DNA from: Camelus ferus
Lineage: Eukaryota
Direction: 5' to 3'
Assembly: GCF_009834535.1 (NCBI RefSeq)
Contig: NC_045696.1
Location: 18,726,001-18,790,000 of the forward strand
Length of the DNA: 64,000 bases
The stretch's first letter is position 1, and the number at the start of each line of letters is the position of its first letter. Both the position numbers and the translations under genes were made by a program. The notes below the pieces were generated by a model. The model did not search any database, was not told the origin of the DNA, and saw only the letters and a list, made by a program, of their open reading frames with translations. Shown in pieces: positions 52,321 through 64,000 of this stretch.

Positions 52321-53821
52321 TTTAAAAAGTGAAAAAATTACTATGCTCAGTAAAAAAGAATCATCATAGGTGATTATGTTTAATACAGTCTGATGACAAA
52401 TGTATTTTGTTATTAAACTTGATGAGTAAAGTAAAGCAAAAATTGTTGAAAATACCAAATTTATCCAGTCACTTAGAATCATGTAACCCTAAGCCTAAAA
52501 AAGCACACTTGCATCTAAGAAAGATGAAATGCCATGACACTTCCTAAAATATTCGAAGTAAAAAAAAACCATGAAAATTTTTGTAAGACTGAGATAAAAA
52601 GAGAAAATTATATTCAATTACATAATAAATATTGACCTGAATGGTTATTAAACAAAGAATACATATAACCAGCTTCACTTTTGATAGGCAATCATTAATT
52701 TACTAATATCCACTTACTGACTTGTCAAATAAATATATATGTATAATATGTATAATTTATGTGTGAACCAGTGAACAAAATGGAGAAGGTACAGTGATTC
52801 ATTTCAAAGACCTCTAAGTCAGTTCTGCTGTTCACTACTAAACAAAATATACATTATTGCCAAGTGTTGATAGGTCCAGTACAATTTACTAAGTTGAAAT
52901 TTATTTCAATACATTTTATCTAATAATCATACTTAAGACTATACTGTTATTAAAATCAAAAATGGGAAAAATTGGATAGTTCTTGGACTTAAAATGAAAT
53001 TTAATTGGACATTTAACAAATAAGGCTTATGAATTAAGGGATTTGCTCATATTTGTAAGCTTTTCAGTTATTTGTAGGTTGAGTGAATAATATGTTTTCC
53101 TTACATTTATTTTACTGCTATGACATTGTCATGAAAACAGTATCTTCTGAACTCTATTTTTTTATTGCTTTGAAAAGTCCACTTAACATAGTTGCAAAAA
53201 ATATCTGATTGCTTGTGAAGATTCTGAGAACAAGTTTCCTGTATATGAAAATTCTTTCAAAGTATGTTCATTCATGTGTCCCTCCCAAGTTAACCTTTTC
53301 TAAATCATGACGCAGCACTATTAACTTTGTCATCTAAATCAATTTATAAGCCAGTTTACAATTAAAATCCCTCCATATGTGTTAGTATTGCTTTAATGCA
53401 ACTTATTATTGTAAGCGTGCACCTCTGTAGATTTCAAACTTTTACATTTCCAGTAGCAGCAGTTGTTTTTACAAATGTAATCAAACCTACATAATACATT
53501 TGAAGACAGTGACAAAGCAAAAGAGACACTGCTTTCAAATTTAATAAGTGTAACTCTTTGTTACGCTATTATCCTTATGACTACTCTACAAAAGTTGAAA
53601 TCTGGCTGTGTATTGACACCAAATTTAAGTGTACCCGTGAAAGATGATGCCAACTCTTCTGAAAACCAGGTTACAGCTGCTACTGTGGCTTCTGCAGCTG
53701 CTGACCTGCCATTACATTGCCTTGAGATCTGCAGGTGGTAATTATTACTGTGCAAATACTAATTCAGAGGAAAAAAGAATCACATAAAAATATATTCTAT
53801 ATAGAAGTTGTATTTTTTAGA

Positions 53822-53892
53822 TATATGTAGATGTGTGTGTATGTGTGTATGTATGTGTGTGTGTGTATATATACAAAATTATATACATATAT
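53822..53892. repeat. Imperfect (GT)/(TA) microsatellite
   Basis: Directly visible. Confidence 0.85.
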
Positions 53893-54639
53893 AACCTCCC
53901 TGAATAGGAAACAAACTAAAAAATGCATAATCAGCATTCCTGAATTGTCTATAGAGGGTCCCCAGATGGAGTACATTCAGCTGTTCGGCTGTTAATTTTT
54001 GAATACATTTTTTAGATGCCTTGAAATGACTGGGGGAAAAAATTTTGAATGACAGCAAATGTTTATACTGTAATATTTTCCAAAAATTAAGTGAAAGGTG
54101 AAGAGATCATCTGTGGTCTTTAAGTCCCCTGGTCTTTGGCACTCATCTTTGCCACCGCTCCTGTTTGCAAAGGAGTACAGTTGAGGATGCTCTGTTACAT
54201 CCTTGGCCAGAGGCAGGAAGAAGAGAGTGAGAATGATGGGGAGAATGGCACCAGAAGTTACCCTTTTCCCAGAAGGAACACATTACTGTAAAAGGTGCTT
54301 TTTAATTTTCAGCCGTACTGTTGATTTTGAAGTCAGCATGAGTCATTCGTGAAAATATTTGTAGTTTAGGTATTTATTTAAAATGGAAATAAGAAATGTG
54401 GGCGAAAAAAGGCAAAGAGGAAAGGGAACTAGAAAATGTCATTGCCTCTTGTCTCTTTCACTTAGGCAAAAATTACGTAGGAATGTAACCATTCTTAGTA
54501 CTGAAAATATTTTACGTTATATTTCTTTTATCTATTGATATACTTACATTATTTGCTACTCGAATTGTGATCAGCAGAATGAAAGCTTTAGTGTCACCAT
54601 GGAGTTTGAAATAAAAGTCTTCCCCCTCCTCTCCATACA

Positions 54640-54712
54640 TACTGAATTAGAATTTGCTTTTTAACAGGATCCCATGTGGTTCACATGCACATTAAAAGTT
54701 GAGAAACACTTT
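54640..54712. mobile_element. MER5A fragment
   Basis: agaatttgctttttaacaggatcccatgtggttcacatgcacattaaaagttgagaaacact. Confidence 0.75.
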
Positions 54713-55125
54713 CTGTAGACCTTGAGGGGCCTGTAATTGAATTATAAACTTTATAGTTATTTATACCATTGTTCTCATAAGGTGGATTAAACATTGTACC
54801 TGTAAAAACAGACAAAAACACCTCAGTACCATGTTATTAGGGACACAGTTATAATTGGTACATATCATCGATTATAGACAACAATGAAAATGATTTTAAT
54901 GATAAAAACAAAATAGACTTTTCTAACCCATTATAAGCTTGGTATGTATTACTGGCCTTCATTCATTCATATGTCAATACATACTGTATGATAAAATAAT
55001 ATATCACATAGCCAAAAAAAAATCATGGCTAATCTATAATTAGAGAATTGCTAATAGTGAAAATTTAGCACGTGTTTGTGCAAGAGGTGAAAAATAGACA
55101 TGATTAATGCTTACGGGCTTTTTTC

Positions 55126-55310
55126 TTATTTTTTTTTTATAGGTTGTGATATTAAGTATTTTTAATCAGACAACCATTTAGGAATTTTTTTAACATTTTT
55201 TATTGATTTATAATCATTTTACAATGTTGTGTCAAATTCCAGTGTTCAGCACAATTTTTCAGTTATTCATGGACATATACACACTCATTGTCACATTTTT
55301 TTCTCTGTGA
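55126..55310 (-). mobile_element. Young camelid L1 3' end with a 46-bp 3' transduction and second poly(A), flanked by a 17-bp TSD
   Basis: Perfect direct repeat gcttacgggcttttttc at 55109-55125 and 55311-55327. L1 3' end at 55185-55310, extra segment at 55139-55184, T-tract at 55126-55138. Confidence 0.9.
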
Positions 55311-56419
55311 GCTTACGGGCTTTTTTCATCCAGTTATTGTGACTCATTTGCCCTTGGTGTCCATATCCATGTTGACCCCAGGAATAAGTCAAACTTCACT
55401 CTGGCAAGGTGAATGATTTATAGTTTCCATCCTGAAATTTAATACCTGAAAGTGATTGCATTGTCACAATAAACCATTCTCAGACCATCCCTCTCATTGA
55501 ATGCCATCTACCAATTGTTTATTTTACAACAAAACCATTTGAAGTTTTGACTCAACTAATAACAGTTCTCTGAAACACTGAATCTAGGAAGGAGGGTCCT
55601 CGGGTTTATAGCGGAAAGTATTAAGATTTGAGAGAAAGCCCTTATTTTAAAGCACCATTTCTACTCTAGAAACCGTACAGCTATTATTATTTCAGTGATT
55701 GGAATGCAAATGGACAAAATGTTAACCCTCAAGTCTCTCATTTCCTACCCTCAGTAGAAAAGAGTAAATCCTCACAGATGAAGTGCTGGAGGAGATCAGT
55801 GATCGCTTCCCCCCTGGAGGGTAATTCATCCACCTACACTCTGTCTACCTGAACATTCCTAGCGAAATGCAGGTTGCTTTGACCTTGTGAAAGGAAAAGA
55901 ATGATGTTTGAAAATATGAACTTTATTATTACTGTAATGGTTTTCCAGCAAGTACACTTCAGAAAGTACGCAGCTCCCTATCATGTTCAGGAAGGTATTT
56001 TATTTATACTGAATGATAAAATGGTCACTACCCTCCATCCCAGCTGCTAGCTTCCTCTTTTTTATCAATTGTAGCCATACCATTAGCAAAAACTTAAGCC
56101 TCAGTTCATCAATTTAAATATTTTTAATAAAAGTTTTACTTTCTCAAAAACCGTCCTTAATCTCTATTTGAATTAACAAGGTTTGAAAAGAAAAATTAGC
56201 AGTCATTACCAACAACAATTATAAGTGCCTTGATTTGACAGAGCATATTTGGCAGGTGGAGAGAATTTGGGTTTGGGTGGAAACATCTGGAATTAGAAAC
56301 CCCATCTCCATCTAGGGCCACTGATACTGAGGCCAACCCTTGAAGCTGCAACTTGGCCCAAGATCTTTGAAAACATCTCTGAGCTTACTCTTCATAACTC
56401 ACTAAACCATAGTTTGATA

Positions 56420-56845
56420 AACCATCCAGCCACATTGGCTTTCTTTCTGGTCCTTGATTGTACTGAATTTTTTTAAATCACTTCAGAACCTTCATCCTAT
56501 TTTCTTCTACTTGAGAAGTTATTCTGTTTAAATAGCTAATTCATTCCAGCAGTTGCTTAAATGCCACCTTCTCCAATTGGCCTTCCCTGACCATCCAACA
56601 TAGAGTAGTCCTCAGTTCTCTCTACATCAATTAGTTGATTCCATTTATCATAGCAATTATAAAAACTGTTTTTCTCTTGCTTACCCAGTTGTTTAATTTG
56701 TACATTGACTATCTCTGTTAACTAGATAGTAATGTCCAAGAATAGAGTAATTTTTCTGTTTTGTCCATGGCTGTGTCCTAAATGTTTTGAAAAGACCTGT
56801 CACGTACTTAGTGCACTGTAGACATTAACTGAACACGTGAACAGA
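56420..56845 (+). mobile_element. L2 3' end
   Basis: tccagccacattggctttctttctggtccttga...gcttaaatgccaccttctc...ggccttccctgacca...ctgtgtcctaa. Confidence 0.8.
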
Positions 56846-59231
56846 ATATACTCCGTGTTTGAGCTGCATACACTATTATTCTGACTGGGAACATATTTAG
56901 CCCACAGTGAAGGATTTATCCAGCTATGAACAGCTATCAAACTCACAAGAAACCAAAATCAGATAACCTATTCTCTAACTGGTTTAAATTTTCTTCGTAG
57001 CATATATATTCAAGTGATACTACAATTCAACATTTTTCCTGGTAAAAAATAAAATTATCATTCCCCTTGTAATGAGAAACTCAATCTAAATCATGTTATT
57101 TGGGGTCCTTTCCTAGCTATGTAGAAAAAAGGAATAACTAGATAATTTGAGAATTTCCTGGGACTTTATCATGGTCAATTTTGCTCTTTTTTCGTGGCAG
57201 TGTCCTTACAAATAATGGACACTGAAAGCTTTTGTAAGTATAGGAGCTGTCCATCACAAGAGTCTTCTTAAATGAATGCAGGTTCAAAATCGAAACTGGG
57301 TGGTGAGGAAATATTCCCCATTAGTAGAATTTTCAATTTCCCATTGTGCAACACAGAAGCAATTAGTAACTCCTAAATCTGTGCCCTTGTATTTAAACAC
57401 CGAGGCTTAGCCACTTTTTTTACACTAACAAAGAATAAAAAAAACTCATTATTTCATATTTATATAGCAGAGAGAAATAAATAGTGACATGTATATAAAT
57501 TATAATTATTAAAATGTCTAGATGCAATATCCAATCGAATTTGGTTAATAAAACATAAATTTCTTAGTTTTGCCCATTCGTAATAATCTTTTCACTACTT
57601 ACCCTTCATTAGCAAAATGTTAATACCCCAGTCCTTTTACATGTATTTTTACCCGTTTCATTTTACAGTTAATACATTACTGATGCATGCTTGAATGATG
57701 ACAACTATGATCTACATAGCTTTTTCTCCAAGTAACTGTTTAGAGCACATGAATACAAGCTGCAACATAGCCAAGTTTTACTGGGGCTGCTGCTACATCT
57801 GTGGATGAGGTCAGTGGCCTGTGAAAAAGCATTTAATCAGTAGAGATCATCTAGGATACTGGGGACCATTTCTAGTTATCACTCAAACTGGAAGTATATC
57901 CTGTTCTACCCAAAAGCCAAAGACGCTCAGTAATGACACCAAATTCCTATCCAGAGTCCTCGCAGAAGAAGAAAAAGATGATCCCATTACGCAGCTGGAA
58001 TGGAGATCAGTAGAAATTTATGTGGGGGCAGGGACCACCTACGCCTACAAGGATAGCTGGTACTTGGCGGACATGTAGGTAACATTTGTTCAATACAGGA
58101 ATGTGTGCATCAACAAGTGAACAAATGAATAGAGGACAAACATGTATCCGGCACTTGCAGAAATCAGAACAGTAGGAAAAAGTGAGCAAAAAATGTGAAG
58201 AACAAAGAAAGAGCATAATGGGTATGTGCTTGGCCTTATAGTCCATGAGCACCTACACCAAGGCTCCTCCTCCCTAAGACCATACTGTATAGGAACTTCA
58301 GTATGCTGTTCATTTGTCTTGTTTATTTCTCCTTGTTTTCATATATTTAAACTTTACACTTTTCAGTTTTGCTTTTCATTTTATAAATTCTTTCAGAGGA
58401 TTACCATATAATTTATAAGTTAATAATCTCACATAAAATCGGCCTAAAACATCAAGAAAGCACCTCAAAAATAAGTTCACTTTAAGCACTGCTGCATTAT
58501 GGACCTGCAATACAATAAGTTCCATAAATGATTTTTATCTCTTTTAATATATACAACATCCCAGTTATCTTATGGACTTATATATCTGTCCAGTTATTAA
58601 GATTATCTATATATGCATGTCTAAAATGCATCACCTTTCAGTATTAAAGTTTAATGACTTTTCAGTATTATAGAGAAGTACTGATTATTAATCACTTGGA
58701 AGAAAGATGCAATGTAATTGATTAAAAGTAATAGTTACATTATAATTATGAAGGTTTTAGAGAAAGTAAACAAACACTGTGGTTTAAACAGTGTCCAAAG
58801 CCAAAAACTAATATAGACTTCTATTTATTTTTTAGTGATTTCTTTTCATCTAGTCAAAGAGACATGCATTGTTATCTTAATGGCATCTTTGGAACACTGT
58901 GAATCACTGTCTATCCTTATTAACTCTATTTTCACTTAGCGTTTTATCTAATTCAGAGAAATTGATGGGCATGATTAATAACTGAATAAATGCACTTTTG
59001 TGGATATATTAGATATAACAAAGAGAGGTCATGATTGTTTAGTAAGCAGTGGAAACAAAGGGAAAACACATCAACAATGCAAGGTTAAGGGAGCTTGTGT
59101 GAAGCAGCAATATTTGCTTGATATTGAATGCTGAAATGAGAGTTAAATTACTGAAAGAAAGCTCATATTTTTATACATGCAATATTAATCCATATCATTT
59201 TGTTCATAAAAATAGTCCAATTATATATTCA

Positions 59232-62200
59232 TAATAAACTTAATTTTAGAACAGTTTGAAATTTATGAAATTATTAAGAGTATAGTACAGAGAGTTCCCA
59301 TATATTCCACATCCAGTTTCTCCTGCTATTAATATCTGACATTAGCATACTTGTCACAATTAATGAGCCAGTATTGACATACTGTTTTTAATTAAAGACT
59401 ACACTTCATTCAGATTTCTGTAATTTCCCCTAATGTCCTATTTTCGTTTCAGGATCCTAGCCATGACACAGTACTGCATTTAGTTAACACATCTCCTTAG
59501 GCTACTCTTGGCTTTGACAGCTTCTCAGACATTCCTTGTGTTTTATGACGTTGACAGTTTTGAGGAGTACTAATCAGATATTTTGCAGGATGCCTCTCAG
59601 TTGGGGTTTTTCTGATGTTTGTCTCGTGATTAGACTGTAACAACGGTTTTGGAAGGAGGACCAGGGAAGTAAAGTCTAATTCTTACTGTGTCATTCTGGG
59701 TACCCACTGTAAACGTTACCTTCACTTTTGATGTTGACTTTGATCACCTGGATGAGGTAATGTTTGTCAAGTTTCTGCATTGTTGAAGGTACTCAATCCT
59801 CTTTCCATATACACTCTTTATATAGAAGTCATGTTGTGCAGCCCACACTTAAGGAATGGGAGGTTATTCTCTACCTCTATAAGGACAGAATATCTGCATT
59901 CAGCATTTGGAATTCTCCTACACAGACTTGTCTAATCCATTCCATTTATTCCATGACTTGACTTTATTTCTTTTCAAGGATCATTATTGATTGATTGTTG
60001 ATTATTATGTGTAGTGTATTTGACCTACATGTCTATTCTTTTGCCAGTGATGCTATATTTATTATGATAGTAGTAAAATCTTGAAGTGAGGTAGTGTGAA
60101 TCCTCCAACTTTGTTTTTCTTTAGTATTGTGTTGACTGTTCTAGAGCTTTGCCTTCTCATGATTTTTTAACTTCTTTCAAATATCGTCTTTAATAATATA
60201 AATTTCTCTCTAGGCACATATTTTGCTGCATCTGACAAATTTAGACAAGTTGTATTTTCATTTTTGTTAATTTTTTAAAAATTTAATTTGAATTTGCTTT
60301 GACTCATTTGCTACTTAAAAATATGCTTTTTGACTTTGAAAAACCTGGGTATGTCCCAGCTATCTTTTTTAGTTTTTACTAATTTAGTTCCACTGTAATC
60401 TGAGAAAATACTTTATGTAATTTCAATTAAAAAAAAATTGAAGATGTGTTTTATGTCCCAAAATGTGGCCTATCTTGGCAAAACTGTCATGCAAACATGA
60501 ACAGTATGAATTCTGCTGCTTTAATGAAAGAGTTGTCCACATGTCAATCAGATCAAACTACAGTTAGACTATACTCTCAATGATTTTATACGTCCTTGAT
60601 CTATCAGTTAGTAATAAGGAAATACTGATGTCTCCACCTAAAATTGTAGATTTTATATTTTTACTTTCCATTCTATCAGTTTTGCTCCACATATTTGGAT
60701 AACATATTTTTAGGCATCATTATAACTTGTAAAATTAATCTCTTTATCATTTTGTAGTATCTTTTTTAATCCCTGATAATTTTCTGATTTGTCTGAAATT
60801 AATATAGCTCTCCCAGATTTTGCTGGATCAAGGTTAGCCTGGTATATCTTTCTCCATCCGTTGACTGTTAACCTTCCTGAATATTTAAATGTTAAATGGG
60901 TTTGTTACAAACAACATATAGTTAGGTCTTCTTATTTAATACTTTGTGCAATCTCTGTTATATATGGATCCATCTACCCTTCTTTCTTAAATGGTTATAT
61001 ATTAAGATCAATATCAACCAATTCATAATTGTATTCTCTTTGTTGCTGAAGACTTATTTTTCTGCCTTCTCAAGCTTTATTTGTGCCGTCAGGTTTTATT
61101 TTACTTCTTGTGTTGTACAGGAAACATATAACAGAATATTCTCAGTCCCTTTCCCATCTCTTACTATATTGCTGTCATTCATTTCACTTAATATGCACTA
61201 TCATCAAGCAATACATTGTTACTGTTACTACTTTAAATACAGTTATTCTTTAGATAAACTAAAAATAAGACAAATGAGATTGTTTTCCCTTCATTTACTC
61301 CTTCATCAACCCTCTTTGTTTCTCTATTAAGATATGCTTCTGACTTCTAACTTTTCCTTCTGCCTAAAAAAGTCATTAACATGTAATGGCAGTGAATTCT
61401 GTCAGTTTTTCTCTGAGAATATCTTTATTTTTCCTTCATTTTTGAAGAACAGTTTCTCTGCATATAGATTTCTAGTTTGGTGGATTTTTCTCTAAACACT
61501 GTAAATACTCCAATTCACTTGCCGCTGGCTTGTATGATTTATGACATAAAGTCTATGATAATTTTTATCCTTGCTCCTATTTTCTCTGTAGATAATTTAA
61601 AAAATCATGTGGCTTTTTAAATTGTTTTCTCTTTGTTTTAGTTTTTTTGCAGTTCGAATATTGCATACCTAGGGGTAGGGCTTTGGGGGGTAAGGTTTGC
61701 CGTTTTGTTTGACTTATTCTGCTTGGTTTTCACGAGCTTCCAGAGTGGTTTGATATCTCTCATTATGTTTTGAAAGTTCTTGTCCATTATTACATCTAAT
61801 ATTTCTTCTCCATTTTCTCTTCTTCCTTTTATTTTGCAATCAGCACACATTTATAGCTTTTGAAATTGGCCAATCTTGCTTCAAAGTTCTGTTCTTTATT
61901 TCATTTTCTTTCTCTTTGCAGTTCAGTTTAGTAAGTTTTTGTTGGTCACTAATTATTTTCTTGGCTGTGTCCAGTCTACTGGTGACCCCATCAAAGACAT
62001 TCTTCATAACCTTTATATAGCTTTTGATTTCTATCATTTCCTTTTGATAATTTCTTAGAATGTATATCTCTCTATTTGTGTTATCCATCTGTTTTTGTAT
62101 GCTGTCTAGTTCTTTCATTACAGCTTCTTACATATTAATCATAGTAACTGAAAATTCCTATCCTATTAATTCAAATATCTGCATCATATCTGAGTCTTAC

Positions 62201-62500
62201 TCTGCTGCTTGCTCTGGGTCTTCATATTATTTTCCCTTTCCTTTTGGTGTATCTTGTATTTTTGTTGCAATTGTTGTTATTGAAAGCCAGACCTGATTTA
62301 TCCAGTATTAGGAACTAAAGTAAATGGGCCTTTATTGTAAGGAATTATATCAATCTGTCTAGGAGTAAGTTGTGTATGGTTAGTTTTTTTAATTTTACTT
62401 TATCAGTATTTTCTGCGGCTAAAGATTCTTCTAGTTGCCATATTTCCATCTCCTGGCAACTTTGGGCTTCCCTTAGCAGTCCTCTGCAGAGATAGCCCAT
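59232..62500 (-). mobile_element. Old LINE-1 (L1MC/L1MD-like): 3' UTR, ORF2 pieces and ORF1 remnant
   Basis: 3' UTR phrases (tagtacagagagttccca, ttgacagttttgaggagtact). ORF 61840..62118(-) NYQKEMIEIKSYIKVMKNVFDGVTSRLDTAKKIIS matches the L1 ORF1 coiled coil. Confidence 0.88.
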
Positions 62501-62521
62501 TTCTCTTTCCCTTGTTTTAAT

Positions 62522-62615
62522 AGTGTCTTAGGACTGCTGTAAGAAACTAACACTATTTAAATGACTTAAAACAATAGACATTTATTCCCTCACAGATCTG
62601 GAAATGAAAAGTCAA
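62522..62615 (-). mobile_element. MLT1 LTR fragment
   Basis: ttaggactgctgtaagaaact...tgacttaaaacaatagacatttattccctcacagatctgga. Confidence 0.75.
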
Positions 62616-62617
62616 CC

Positions 62618-62895
62618 CCCAGTCTTGGAGAACACATTTGCAAAACATATACCTGACAAGTGATATGTGTCTATAGCGTATCAATTTCTTTTACCTCTTA
62701 GTCTTAAAAAACAACCTTGCTGAAATCTGGGTAATTTTGAACAGATAATTCATCAAAGGAGATGTCCAGATGACAAATAATAACATGAAAACGCTCAACA
62801 GAATTAGCCTTTAGTGAAATGCAAAATAAAATCAGGATATATCAATACACGGCCTCTAGAAAAGTGAAATTAAATGATTCTCCACACCAACTGTT
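62618..62895 (+). mobile_element. LINE-1 ORF2 C-terminal fragment
   Basis: ggagaacacatttgcaaaacatatacctgacaag...ttcatcaaaggagatgtccagatgacaaata...gaaatgcaaaataaaa. Confidence 0.8.
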
Positions 62896-63149
62896 TGGGT
62901 GTGACTGGTATTTTCTCACCCTCAGGTCCTCAGGAGAAAATCTTTGGGTATGAGGTGTCAAGGGATATCAGTACTATCTTTCCCCAAATAGGTCCACATA
63001 CATGCTCTCAAACTGAACATTCCTAAAGAAATACACTGACCAGCTTTTCTGTCAGTGTGGAATCAGTTGTTACTTCTAAATTCTTGATGAATGGAATCAT
63101 ACAGTATTACATTGACATTGTCTGTTAATTAAATCGGTATCTTTCTGAT

Positions 63150-64000
63150 AAATGACAACACCCAGAATATATAAAGAATTCCTAAAAATGATTAATGAAG
63201 AGGAAAACAATACAGTTCAAATTGGCAAAATATTTGAGCACATACTTCATAAAAGAAGACAGAGGGATTGCCAGTTACATGAAAAGATGATCAACATAAT
63301 TATTTGTTGACTCACCTTTGCATGTTAATTCTTTTTTATTCCTGATACTCCACTGTGTAGATACGAAAACATTTTTATTCATTCAAGTTTGGTAGGCTTG
63401 TGAGTTGTTTCCTGTTTTGGCACTTAAGTGTAAAACTGCCATGAACATTTGTGACCAACTATCTTTGTGAATATACAGTTTCATTTCTCTTAGGTAAGTT
63501 TATTAAATGTGATTAATTTAAATATTATAGTTTTGTGCACTTGGGTAGTAATTTCTTCCTTTATCAAGTGTTGAAGTTAGTATTGATAGGAAGATTAGTT
63601 ACTTGGAAATCATGTTGATCCTTTCAACATTTATATTAAGGTCTGATAAGTAATGAATCTAGAGTAGGCATTACTGTAAAGCTGCTTAAGCCCTAATATT
63701 AATGACTAGCTTTGTATGGTCTATGGTTGCATTGAGTGTTTAACAAGGTGTCTCTTCTTCAATTAGACAGAAATCAAATGTCTTCCATTCCTGCGTGAGT
63801 TTGAAAAATTGTTTCATTTATATCTCTTCAGCATCTTGGCTAGGCTTCTTGGAATTTCCCCTTACGTATGTGAAGTTTAATATTCAGCCAAAAGACTCAA
63901 GAGGATACCTATAAATATTTTTGGAGCTCTGTACCTTCATAGATTCTTTCTCTTTAGTAGTTCGCCTTCAAATTTCATATCCCTCAGCTTCGAAAAATAA
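63150..64000. mobile_element. Mosaic of old LINE-1 fragments in both orientations
   Basis: 63150-63300 is a + strand ORF2-like segment (cccagaatatataaagaattcct...cttcataaaagaaga). 63320 onward has - strand L1 phrases (ctgccatgaacatttgtg...tttcatttctcttaggtaa). Confidence 0.6.

Noticed and set aside
57821..58078. 85-aa ORF with protein-like composition
   Set aside because: Non-ATG start, no recognisable homology, and its 3' part resembles a degenerate L2 3' end (gggcagggacc...catttgttcaat).
1..64000. Inferring a host gene strand from L1/LTR orientation bias
   Set aside because: L1s lean to the minus strand, but both orientations of L1 and LTR are well represented, and there are too few elements to conclude.

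Overview
AT-rich, CpG-poor mammalian nuclear DNA, most likely camelid (camel/alpaca), judging by a tRNA-Ala(AGC)-derived Vic-1-type SINE and camelid-style L1 3' ends. I find no recognisable protein-coding gene, RNA gene or CpG island. The ORF track is explained by LINE-1 ORF1/ORF2 relics, simple repeats and chance ORFs. The window reads as a gene desert or large intron filled with transposon fossils: L1 of several ages, L2, MIR, LTRs, an ERVL pol/dUTPase remnant with its 3' LTR, and DNA transposon MITEs. The best-supported notable event is a young 5'-truncated L1 at 55.1-55.3 kb with a perfect 17-bp TSD and a 46-bp 3' transduction. Other points of interest are an ultra-short TSD-flanked L1 insertion, an old/young L1 chimera, a candidate 105-nt minus-strand exon, and several repeat-poor blocks that may be conserved regulatory DNA. 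I see no evidence of a novel biological system. Repeat family names come from recalled consensus sequences, not a database search, and boundaries of old repeats are approximate.
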